Shown here in pieces: positions 52,593 to 64,000 of a DNA stretch of 64,000 nt. Source of the stretch: Antedon mediterranea. Taxonomy: Eukaryota; Animalia; Echinodermata. The stretch spans positions 8,905,888 to 8,969,887 of the forward strand of contig NC_092676.1 of the NCBI RefSeq assembly GCF_964355755.1, in the 5' to 3' direction. Both the position numbers and the translations under genes were made by a program. The notes beneath the pieces were generated by a model. That model was not told the DNA's origin. It saw only the letters and a program-made list of their open reading frames with translations, and did no database searches. Each line of letters opens with the position of its first letter. The stretch's first letter is position 1.

Positions 52593-53209
52593 ACCATGTG
52601 TATAAAAGGGATTTATTTGCATTTTATTTCATTAGTTTCCAAATCTTGTTTTTCACTTTGAATATTATATATTATCTCTATTATAATAACAATTAAGTTT
52701 TTAGAAAATTTTGTACAGATAGTTGTATTACCTTTTAATACTTATTTTACCGGTAGTACTGACATTAAAGCGTCGTGTTTCTTTGTCGTGAACAAAACAT
52801 CACTATTATTTCAAAATAATAACTAATAATTAAATTGAAATAATGACTCAAAACATATTCTTCTTTTTTCTATAATTAACTGTGCTGTTGATTGAATATT
52901 TATATTTATAAAAGAGTAGTCCTTTTATTTAATATTATTTTATTTCGCAAAGACAAACAACGATGATTTTATTGACCCTTGCACTTACATTCCTCTTTGT
53001 TCAGTTTTATTCGTTACGATCATTGTATATATAGTTTCGATGGTGGACGACTGACCCAATTTTTCTAGAGATATTTATGTTACTGACGAGATGCAAATTG
53101 ACATAATTACAGTTGAGCAACGTCCGCACAAAGCGTATAACTACTTCGGCATTTCGACAGTTTCCACACATTTCGAATAATTCTGAGTGATTCTTAATAT
53201 CGATTAAAC

Positions 53210-53521
<312 letters not shown>

Positions 53522-53661
53522 ACTCGATGCTTTTTCAAAACACAAGGCTCTTTTCAAAGCCACCAGTTGAACCAAAAAGAGATTTATTTGCTTTTCTTTA
53601 ATTGTTTAATATGATTCAATAATTTCAAATAATCCTCATAATAATACTCAACAAATTCGTA

Positions 53662-53898
53662 TCTATAGCAGAGTTGAAGAAAGCAGTGCAGTGTTGCATT
53701 GCAAAAGAATTGAACGTTGGACGAATGATTACTAGTTTGACTTTAGCACGCCTCCTATCTGACAGGTACAGCGGACACGAAAACGAATTTGCAGCGTTTG
53801 TCGCACAATGTTTCGAAGAAAGGTCCGCCCGCTTCGGGTGGCCGGACATGCAGGGTTTGATAATCGGAACTTGTGCTATTGCCACCAGGTCGGTAGAA
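53662..53898 (+). pseudogene. Bcl-2-like gene, internal fragment (copy A)
   Basis: Matches 55898-56134: ELNVGRMITSLTLARLL..RFGWPDM. Confidence 0.55.
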
Positions 53899-54302
53899 TA
53901 TTATATATTATCTCTATTATAATAACAATTAAGTTTTTAGAAAATTTTGTACAGATAGTTGTATTACCTTTTAATACTTATTTTACCGGTAGTACTGACA
54001 TTAAAGCGTCGTGTTTCTTTGTCGTGAACGAAACATCACTACTATATCAAAATAATAACTAATAATTAAATTGAAATAATGACTCATAACATATTCTTTT
54101 TTTTCCATAATTAACTGTGCTGTTGATTGAATATTTATATATATAAAAGAGTAGTCCTTTTATTTAATATTATTTTTTTTTGCAAAGACAAACAACGATG
54201 ATTTTATTGACCCTTGCACTTACATTCCTCTTTGTTCAGTTTTATTCGTTACGATCATTGTATATATAGTTTCGATGGTGGACGACTGACTGACTGACTG
54301 AC

Positions 54303-54510
54303 CCATCGTTTTGCACGTCGTGGTGGTGTCAAGCGTATTTCTGGTCTTATCTACGAAAGAAACCCGTTGTATAATAAAAGTATTCCTCGAGAATGTCATC
54401 CGAGATGCTGTAACATACACTGAGCACGCCAAGAGAAAGACCGTCATCGCCATGGATGTCGTCTACGCCTAAAGAGACAAGGCCGAACACTATACGGATT
54501 CGGTGGATAA
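54303..54510 (+). pseudogene. H4: Histone H4, 5'-deleted copy
   Basis: Matches the 3' two-thirds of 53210-53521, including both frameshifts. Confidence 0.93.
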
Positions 54511-54687
54511 ACTCGATGCTTTTTCAAAACACAAGGCTCTTTTCAAAGCCACCAGTTGAACCAAAAAGAGATTTATTTGCTTTTCTTTAATTGTTTAATA
54601 TGATTCAATAATTTCAAATAATCCAGTGATTCTTCAGAAATGTATTGATTATTAAAATTATTTTTATTAAATTTGTTAAGAATTATT

Positions 54688-54713
54688 TTTTCAGGGGGAC
54701 AATACATCTTTAA
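54688..54713 (-). mobile_element. Isolated Kolobok end + TTAA (repeated at 57161-57186)
   Basis: Reverse complement of TTAAAGATGTATTGTCCCCCTGAAAA at 22234-22259. Confidence 0.8.
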
Positions 54714-54799
54714 TAAATATAAACAAAGAAGGAGCTTCCTCCATGTCATAAAGCTAAAAATAAGATATGAATTAGGCATGTTTTTGTATTATACCATAT

Positions 54800-55200
54800 T
54801 GTCATATTATTTATGTTGTGATTCTCTGTGTTTAGAGAAGGATGCTTTAGACCAGGTCCGCCTAATATTATTAGCCAATCAAAATCGTATAATTTTTGGA
54901 GGGAAAATGTTCTCCTCTGAAGCCTAAAATTTGCATGTCCAGTATAAAAGTGGAATGTAATAGATATTAGGGAGAAGAGAGAATAAGATCAAGGTAGATA
55001 AAAGGAAAGATGATAAAGAAAATATTAAGGCTTGACTGGTAGTGGTAGAAAGATTTATTAATCGAATTACAAGGAATAAAAGTTCTAGTTGAGTTAAATA
55101 TACTTTTTGTATGAGTTACCATTCAGTGACAGCAGTGTAAGTCGCGTGGAAATATATACGCCTGAGAAAGCTCGGAACCAACTAAGATAAATTCACTACA
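54800..55200 (+). mobile_element. Solo LTR (401 bp)
   Basis: TG..CA termini; TSD CATAT (54795-54799, 55201-55205); internal CCAAT, TATAAAA and AATAAA; empty site near 57270. Confidence 0.88.
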
Positions 55201-55750
55201 CATATACTAAGATATACAAATAGTATTAAGTAATACTTAAGCGCCACCAGTTGAACCAAAAAGAGATTTATTTGCTTTTCTTTAATTTTTTAATATGATT
55301 AAAACATTTCAAATAATCGATTGATTTTTCAGAAATGTATTGATTATTAAAATGTATTATAATAGAAAACCATTTTAGAGATCAATACTCAACAAACGTA
55401 TTGTGGTAGCATTTACATTTTATGGTATTTTAACCTATATAGGCCTATGTAAAATAAAAGTAGTAACGCGGTAATAATTGATTTAGCACGAATTGGGACG
55501 ATTCCTCTCGCTTCTAAAAGTTACGTAATGAATAACATTTTCTATATTTAAACAAATACATACAAAATAGCGCCACATATGCCTTTGTTAACATAAAAAG
55601 TCACACGTCGTATAAGGAAAACACGCTTCATATATAAATGTTTTGTTTTTTAGAAGTTCTTTTAGAATAACTTTTTTTTTATCATAATTATGGGTAAAAT
55701 GCTTCACACAAAAAAAAGGGAATAGAGAATAAGAGAGATAATTATACGAA

Positions 55751-56134
55751 ATGGATTCCTTTGAGTTAGCGAAAAAAAGTATCGAGACTAGAGATGACGA
55801 GATGCGCAATAGCATGATAGAGAAGATTTTGCAAGACTTTGATTTTTCGCAGATAGAAGTTACATAATTAGGAGGAGGTGAAACAAGGCTTGAAAAATCT
55901 ATAGCAGAGTTGAAGAAAGCAGTGCAGTGTTGCATTGCAAAAGAATTGAACGTTGGACGAATGATTACTAGTTTGACTTTAGCACGCCTCCTATCTGACA
56001 GGTACAGCGGACACGAAAACGAATTTGCAGCGTTTGTCGCACAATGTTTCGAAGAAAGGTCCGCCCGCTTCGGGTGGCCGGACATGCAGGGTTTGATAAT
56101 CGGAACTTGTGCTATTGCCACCAGGTCGGTAGAA
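55751..56134 (+). pseudogene. Bcl-2-like gene (copy B; has the ATG, one internal TAA at 55865, 3' end lost)
   Basis: MDSFELAKKSIETRDDEMRNSMIEKILQDF..SIAELKKAVQCCIAKELNVGRMITSLTLARLL (BH1-like)..FAAFVAQCFEERSARFGWPDM (BH2-like) QGLIIGTCAIATRSV; TATA-like motifs at ~55610-55638. Confidence 0.6.
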
Positions 56135-56681
56135 TATTATATATTATCTCTATTATAATAACAATTAAGTTTTTAGAAAATTTTGTACAGATAGTTGTAT
56201 TACCTTTTAATACTTATTTTACCGGTAGTACTGACATTAAAGCGTCGTGTTTCTTTGTCGTGAACGAAACATCACTACTATATCAAAATAATAACTAATA
56301 ATTAAATTGAAATAATGACTCATAAAATATTCTTTTTTTTTCCATAATTAACTGTGCTGTTGATTGAATATTTATATATATAAAAGAGTAGTCCTTTTAT
56401 TTAATATTATTTTATTTTGCAAAGACAAACAACGATGATTTTATTGACCCTTGCACTTACATTCCTTTTTGTTCAGTTTTATTCGTTACGATCATTGTAT
56501 ATATAGTTTCGATGGTGGACGACTGACCCAAATTTTCTAGAGATATTTATGCTACTGACGAAATGCAAATTGACATAATTACAGTTGAGCAACGTCCGCA
56601 CAAAGCGTATAAATACTTCGGCATTTCGACAGTTTCCACATATTTCGAATAATTCTGAGTGATTCTTAATATCGATTAAAC

Positions 56682-56993
<312 letters not shown>

Positions 56994-57823
56994 ACTCGAT
57001 GCTTTTTCAAAACACAAGGCTCTTTTAGTAGAACCAAAAAGAGATTTATTTCCTTTTTTTTAATTGTTTAATATGATTCAATAATTTCAAATAATCCAGT
57101 GATTTTTCAGAAATGTATTGATTATTAAAATAATTTTTCTTAAATTTGTTAAGAATTATTTTTTCAGGGGGACAATACATCTTTAATAAATATAAACAAA
57201 GAAGGAGCTTCCTCCATGTCATAAAGCTAAAAATATAAGATATGAATTAGGCATTTTTTTGTATTATACCATATACTAAGATATACAAATAGTATTAAGT
57301 AATACTTAAGAACCACCAGTTGAACCAAAAAGAGATTTATTTGCTTTTCTTTAATTTTTTAATATGATTTAAAAATTTCAAATAATCGATTGATTTTTCA
57401 GAAATGTATTGATTATTAAAATGTATTATAATAGAAAACCATTTTAGAGATCAATACTCACAAATAACAAACGTATTGTGGTAGCATTTACATTTTATGG
57501 TATTTTAACCTATATAGGCCTATGTAAAATAAAAGTAGTAACGCGGTAATAATTGATTTAGCACGAATTGGGACGATTCCTCTCGCTTCTAAAAGTTACG
57601 TAATGAGTAACATTTTCTATATTTAAACAAATACATACAAAATAGCGCCACATATGCCTTTGTTAACATAAAGAGTCACACGTCGTATAAGGAAAACACG
57701 CCTCTTATATAAATGTTTTGTTTTTTAGAAGTTCTTTTACTATAGCTTTTTTTATCATAATTATGTGTAAAATGCTTCACAAAAAAAAAACGGAATAGAG
57801 AATAAGAGAGATAATTATACGAA

Positions 57824-59147
57824 ATAGATTCCTTTGAGTTAGCGAAAAAAAGTATCGAGACTAGAGATGACGAGATGTGCAATAACATGATAGAGAAGAT
57901 TTTGCAAGACTTTAATTTTTCGCAGATAGAAGTTACCTTATTAGGAGGAGGTGAAACAAGGCTTGAAAAATCTATAGCAGAGTTGAAGAAAGCAGTGCAA
58001 AAGAATTGAACGTTGGACGAATGATTACTAGTTTGACTTTAGCACGCCACCTATCTGACAGGTACAGCGGACACAAAAACGAATTTGCAGCGGTTGTCGC
58101 ACAATGTTTCCGCCCGCTTCGGGTGGCCGGATGCGATTTTTTTTTCGTTGTTGGGGACCCCCTCATGAAACGTCACAAAATAAACATGAATAATTCATCA
58201 GTTAAATTTTCTTGTTTCGTGTGCACCCAAGCGTATAGCAACAAGAAGTGATTAGGTACACAAGTGCGGTACGATTCTAGGCCTAATCTCCGCTGTGGTT
58301 GCCGCGTGGGATTTCATAAAAGAATAGCCGCGTTTTGTGTGGATTGTCGAAATAATCAGCCTTTAGTTTATGGTGTTTTTAATATAATTTATTACTAAAG
58401 AATTACGTGTTAAAATTATAGTTTCTATTAATACTATTAGGCCTAATTATTAGTCTCTAAACCCATATTCTAGTAGTAGCTGTGTGGGTGTGTGTGACGT
58501 GTGTGTGTTAGGTATGACACAGTCCGAGTAATAAGTCAGCAAAATTAAACATTAAACATTACACAAAAATACATTTTTTATTCTCGTGGGTCTAATCTTC
58601 CCATCTCATGTGTTCATATACGCGCATTTTTAAAGTTCCTTTGAGTACATGCATATTGTTTGATAATAAAATAGCAGAATTAAAAAATTACAGTACACAA
58701 ATTATACACATTTTTTATTCTTGTGGGTCTAAGCTTTCTTTGGGCTATGTCCAATTACTACTTAGTTTAATGTCTTGCCTAGCTGTCGCGAAGGCAATCA
58801 CGTGAATTGACCTAGAATCCTAGGCCTACTGTAGAAAGAATCGTATCGCAGTTTAGTTGTGCGTGTAATCACTTCTTGTTGCTATACGCTTGGGTGCAGA
58901 CGGAACAACAAATTTAACTGATGAATTATTCATGTTTATTTTGTAACGTTTCACGAGGGGTCCCCAACTTATGTACGAAAAAAAAAATCGCTGGCCGGAC
59001 ATGCAGGGTTTGATAATCGGAACTTGTGCTATTGCCACCAGGTCGGTAGAAGGAAAACCAATTTTTATGATCGAGGAGGCGCGCAAAATAAAAGCAAGTT
59101 TGAACATATATACTGGAATGAATATACACGGATCTGACTGCCGCTAG
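57824..59147 (+). pseudogene. Bcl-2-like gene (copy C; ATG>ATA, two small deletions, MITE insertion, native 3' end retained)
   Basis: TTA where copy B has TAA; after the MITE it reads WPDMQGLIIGTCAIATRSVEGKPIFMIEEARKIKASLNIYTGMNIHGSDCR*. Confidence 0.6.
58133..58991. mobile_element. Mutator-like MITE, copy 2
   Basis: Same family as 47319-48213; TSD TGGCCGGA(T/C) at 58124-58132 and 58992-59000. Confidence 0.9.
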
Positions 59148-59260
59148 GCCAGTAAATATATATTTTTATAGGCCAGTAAAATATATTTTTATAGGCCAGT
59201 AAAAAATAATTTTTATAGGCCAGTAAAATATATTTTTTATAGGCCAGTAAAATATATTTA
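59145..59260. repeat. 23-24-bp minisatellite (TAGGCCAGTAAAATATATTTTTA) x5
   Basis: Visible tandem array starting at the stop codon of the Bcl-2-like ORF. Confidence 0.9.
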
Positions 59261-59530
59261 TAGTGTTAGTCGCGGTTGCTTCCCGCAGTCGTACAATCGT
59301 CAAAGCGCAGTCGCTGCTTCATGCGATCAACAGTTTAAAAGAAAAAATTAAAAAACCTGAATCAATTTGTCGTTTTCTTTTTCTTTTATTTTGATCTTCA
59401 TACATTTTTACAGAAAAACTATGCAATGCAACTTGACTTAAAAACTAACTTAAAAAAAAAAAGAAATCTCAGAGAAAATATGTCGTTTTTTTGCAATCAG
59501 AGCAGACCATGATGATATCGACAATTCATC

Positions 59531-60286
59531 TTATTTTACGCTGTTTTTTTTGGCCCTGAAACATTCAATATTCACGTAACTTACGGTTAGAAATTGCATC
59601 TTGTAGCCTTCTGACATCGGCATTCTCGATTGTTCGTAATCACCAAATTGTTGCATTATATACGCTATCGTGTTTACAGTCTCTTCTTCTTTGAATAACG
59701 GCCACAGTATCAAAATTCTTGCACATTTATTTAGTTCGAACATGATTTCCGAAACTACACCGCATTTCATTTGGTTTCCGTAAGTATTTTCACCGTCCAG
59801 CGGCATTCTTCTAAAAATGCTTGTAATTTCTCTGCTACACCAAGAAATTTACCGCCGACTATTAAGAAATCGTACGGTTGCTTTTTTGTTGAAGGTGGCA
59901 GCGGAGGCAACAGCATAGTTGTGCTGACCTTCTGTATCAGGTCATTTCTTTGTAGGAAAAAAAAACAACAAAAATTTAGAATAAGATTTGAAAAAAAAAA
60001 TTGTTAGTAATATAATAATAGTATAATAGTAATAATTATGTAAACAAAAGAAGAAAAAAACTTACGAAGGAGGGATCTTGGCTAGCCTAGGGTCAAGTTG
60101 GTGATTTGTTGGCTTCGAGAAAATGACTGCTGGAAACATCTTGCTACAAGTATGTAATTTTCTCTGCGGTTCTTCTGTGTTATTTTCTTCTGTGTTATTC
60201 TTCTCGATGAAGCTAAGATTGTGTGAAGCTGTATTGAAACCTCTGTTCTTAATATAGTTTTCAACTGATGATGATGACATCATCAT
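59531..60286 (-). pseudogene. TIR-domain adaptor-like gene, copy 2 (exon 1 60286-60066, intron 60065-59948, exon 2 59947-59531; one frameshift)
   Basis: The spliced frame runs ..AKIPPS-NDLIQKVSTTMLLPPLPPSTKKQPYDFLIVGGKFLGVAEKLQAFLEE.. until a 1-nt deletion near 59771, then MKCGVVSEIMFELNKCARILILWPLFKEEETVNTIAYIMQQF.. Confidence 0.68.
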
Positions 60287-60557
60287 TAACGAATTTGGGA
60301 GATTCTGATTGGCCGGTTAATACATTTACAGTTTCATTTTAAAGTTTTTGTAATCTTACATTGTTAACTTCCACAGTTTTTTATGCTAAAGCTAGGCGTG
60401 GCCGAAACAAGTTAAATCCCTGCGCATGGTCAACAGCCAATTGGTATACAATTGTACCCTCAGGAAGCCCTCATTTGCATATCTCCGTGTATAAGAAATA
60501 AGCTTGTTTAACAACCAGTCACTTCAATTTTTTCATCGTGCATTAAAATTGTGAAGC

Positions 60558-60614
60558 ATGCCACCAAAAACCTAAAAAAAAGCTGCTAAAAAAGCCGGTA
60601 AAGCCAAAGCCGTA
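60558..60614 (+). pseudogene. H2B: Histone H2B 5' stub (rest deleted)
   Basis: ATGCCACCAAAAACCTAA..GCCGGTAAAGCCAAAGCCGTAA then jumps to sequence homologous to ~48741. Confidence 0.9.
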
Positions 60615-61462
60615 ATATTCTTCCAGTATAATCTTTAATACACATCTGTATTTTCTGATATAGACAACAATTTCAGAAGTCCATCAACAAAATTGTATTC
60701 TATACATCTCCATACAACCGTTATGATTAAACGAGTATAATGAATATTAATGAATAATCTATCAGAGAGAGGGAGAGAAAAATAGTGTTTTTAATACAAC
60801 ACACGGAAACCCAGATGATGAGTTTGCCGGGCATCATTAACATCGAATTTTGACAATTATTCATAAACAATATTACAAATAAAACAATTAGACATTTCTT
60901 TAAGGTCTTTTAAGCTTTAATTTTCTATTATATTTGTGCAATTCGCTATATGAATGTTTGTCTTAACCCGGACGGTTTGTTTAGATATATATTTTTTTGT
61001 ACTTTCCCATTTTTGTATTTTTCTTTTTTATTGTTATATTTTGTTTCTTTGGACGTACCTTAACAAGTTGAAGTGTGCCACTGATAAAAAAAAAAAGTAC
61101 AATGCCAAAAAATTGTTATTATTAATTATATCGATGTACTTTACAAAGTTATATAAAGTCTAAACTAAAAACACCTTCGTATAGCTACTGTCACTACCTA
61201 AAACTTAAATTCCCGAATTATGTATATAATCAAAATAAAGAAAAAGAGTAACACACTAATCATTTTTATCTAGTCACGCCCTTGTTATGAATAAAGCGTT
61301 AACAATTATCGTTGGCGCCAAAGCCCGTTGCCAATTCAATCATAGGTTTCCGAGAGGGTGTATTGAATAGACTATTTAAATCGTGGTAAATATTAAGTTG
61401 GTATCATTTTCAATATAGTATTCCGAAATAGTGTAAAAAAATATAGCTATAGCTATAAAAAA

Positions 61463-61840
61463 ATGTCTGGACGTGGTAAAGGAGGCAAAGCTAAAGGAAA
61501 GGCCAAGAGCCGATCAAGCCGTGCTGGACTTCAATTCCCAGTCGGTGGTGTTCACCGATTTTTACGAAAGGGCAACTATGCATCCCGGGTTGGTGCTGGT
61601 GCTCCAGTCTACATGGCTGCTGTACTTGAGTATTTGACTGCTGAAATCTTAGAATTGGCCGGTAACGCTGCACGTGATAACAAGAAAAGCAGAATTATCC
61701 CTCGTCATCTGCAACTTGTCATCCGGAATGACGAAGAATTACACCGTCTTCTCGGAAGTTTAACCATTGCACAGGGAAGTGTATTGCCAAACATCCAGGC
61801 TGTACTTCTACCAAAGAAGACTCAAAGCAAAGTCAAGTAA
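61463..61840 (+). CDS. H2A: Histone H2A, unit 2
   Basis: 125-aa ORF; shares PVGGVHR and QGSVLP with unit 1; mismatched stem-loop at 61877-61892. Confidence 0.9.
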   Translation: MSGRGKGGKAKGKAKSRSSRAGLQFPVGGVHRFLRKGNYASRVGAGAPVYMAAVLEYLTAEILELAGNAARDNKKSRIIPRHLQLVIRNDEELHRLLGSLTIAQGSVLPNIQAVLLPKKTQSKVK

Positions 61841-62526
61841 ATCATCAAAGCAAACATATTTTACTTAAGACCTAACGGCTCTTTTCAAAGCCACCAAAAT
61901 ACAAAAAGAGACTTGATTAGTGATTTTTTCCTTATAAATGTTTATAATTGTATAAATGTACAATAGCTGGCCTCAGTTAATAATATTATACAATACAAAA
62001 ATTTCGAAAATCGGTCGTAGGTTTTGATTCTCTAAATTAATATTTTGCCATTAGGTATCACATATTCAGTATGCGTTTACGACAACTTTATTCATTTAAC
62101 TATTAATTAAATTAATACTGCCTTTAAAATTAAAGGTCAGATACATGTCCATCTATACGTTTTAATACTAGAATTGTTCATTATGGAATAAATGCTGTCA
62201 TCAAAAACATAATTAGCCATTATAAATATTTTTTTTTAAAATCAAGAATTGAAAATTGCCAGTGCTTATTATATGTTCAATGAAACATAATCATCTGAAT
62301 TAGATCTCACATAATATAGAAAACGAATGTTTTATTAAATGATTTAAAATAATGCTTTAAATGTGTATTTAAAGACAATAAAGAACACACTTTTATGAAA
62401 CTAAAAAAGGCGACGAGATGTTTCGTCCATACACGTCCGCGATTGAGTAGATATAAATGAGGTTCGTCGCTGCGTTGTATCACTCATCAACCAACTCAAC
62501 TGTTTGGTAAAGTTAAAAGTTAAGTT

Positions 62527-63102
62527 ATAGCTGACCAAACTAAAACTAAGAAGCTTGTTATAGCCAAGAAGCCTGTTACTCTCCCAACGTACATCGACAT
62601 GGTAACGGCAGCAATTGGTACTTTGAAGGACAAAAGCGGCTCATCTCGCCAGGCTATTGCCAAGTACATCCTAGCTTATTATAAAGTTGAACCCACTAAA
62701 ATGAAAACTCATCTTCGTTTGGCTTTGAAACGTGGTGTCGAAAGTAACAAACTTGTTCAAGCAAAAGGTGCAGGAGCCAGCGGTTCATTTAAACTGAACC
62801 AGACTACAGCCAAGGGTGATGAAGCTGCCATGGCAAAAATGGAAAGATCAGAGAAGAAAGCAGCTGCAGAGAAGGAAAAGAGTGTAGCAAAGAAGGCCAA
62901 ACAATTAGCAGCGAAGAAGGCAAACAAACCAATTGTAAAGAAGGCTACCAAATTCAAGTCACCCAAGAAGTCTGAGAAAAATAAATCTAAGCCGAAAATG
63001 TCTATCAAGTCTCCTAAGAAGCCAAAGACAAATAAGCTAAAAAGCCGAAAGTTAAAAAGACATCAAAGAAGGTCGGAGAGAAGTGAAATACTGCTAATTT
63101 AA
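62527..63102 (+). pseudogene. H1: Histone H1, unit 2 (start codon ATG>ATA)
   Basis: Near-identical to 51989-52564 with the same tail frameshift; stem-loop at 63115-63130. Confidence 0.9.
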
Positions 63103-63877
63103 TTCAAACCGAACGGCTCTTTTCAGAGCCACCATGTGTATAAAAGGGATTTATTTGCATTTTATTTCATTAGTTTCCAAATCTTGTTTTTCACTTTGAA
63201 TATTATATATTATCTCTATTATAATGCTATACACTTATATAACTCCAGAGTACAAAGGTAAAATGTAACCGATAATTTTTATCTATTTTTAACAATTTTT
63301 AGCCTCTTAACTTTTTGTGTGTGTTTTTGTAAATTGTATTTTATATTTTTGTATTTTGCCAGGTTTCAAATCACATTTCTGTTTTTTAAATGGACAATAA
63401 AGTATATATGACTATTACTATGACAATTAAGTTTTTAGAAAATTTTGTACAGATAGTGAACGAAACATCACTACTATATCAAAATAATAACTAATAATTA
63501 AATTGAAATAATGACTCATAACATATTCTTTTTTTTTCCATAATTAACTGTGCTGTTGATTGAATATTTATATATATAAAAGAGTAGTCCTTTTATTTAA
63601 TATTATTTTATTTTTTAAAGACAAACAACGATGATTTTATTGACCCTTGCACTTACATTCCTTTTTGTTCAGTTTTATTCGTTACGATCATTGTATATAC
63701 AGTTTCGATGGTGGACGACTGACCCAAATTTTCTAGAGATATTTATGTTACTGACGAAATGCAAATTGACATAATTACAGTTGAGCAACGTCCGCACAAA
63801 GCGTATAAATACTTCGGCATTTCGACAGTTTCCACACATTTCGAATAATTCTGAGTGATTCTTAATATCGATTAAAC

Positions 63878-64000
<123 letters not shown>

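Noticed and set aside
55588-56121. 177-aa minus-strand ORF
   Set aside because: Antisense shadow of the Bcl-2-like frame; no motifs, and it runs into AT-rich spacer.

Overview
AT-rich animal genomic DNA, probably a marine invertebrate; the histone gene order suggests an echinoderm, which is inference only. 1-31 kb: a decaying tandem family of intronless Ig-domain genes (3 recognisable copies plus a remnant), with a Helitron (CR1 LINE nested inside), a Penelope element, a Kolobok-type element and LINE fragments. 32-40 kb: an ADAMTS/reprolysin-like metalloprotease pseudogene with MITEs and SINEs in its introns. 41-46 kb: an L1/Tx1 endonuclease remnant split by two insertions. 46-64 kb: a degenerating tandem histone array (H2B-H2A-H1-H4, all + strand, no H3). 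Main observation: the H4-H2B spacer of this repeat carries two non-histone genes that the ORF track splits up. One is a two-exon TIR-domain (TIRAP/TRAM-like) gene head-to-head with H2B; the other is an intronless Bcl-2-like gene. Both can be rebuilt as open frames by combining copies, whereas H4 and H1 carry lesions shared by all copies. All family assignments come from manual translation and motif recognition, not database searches.
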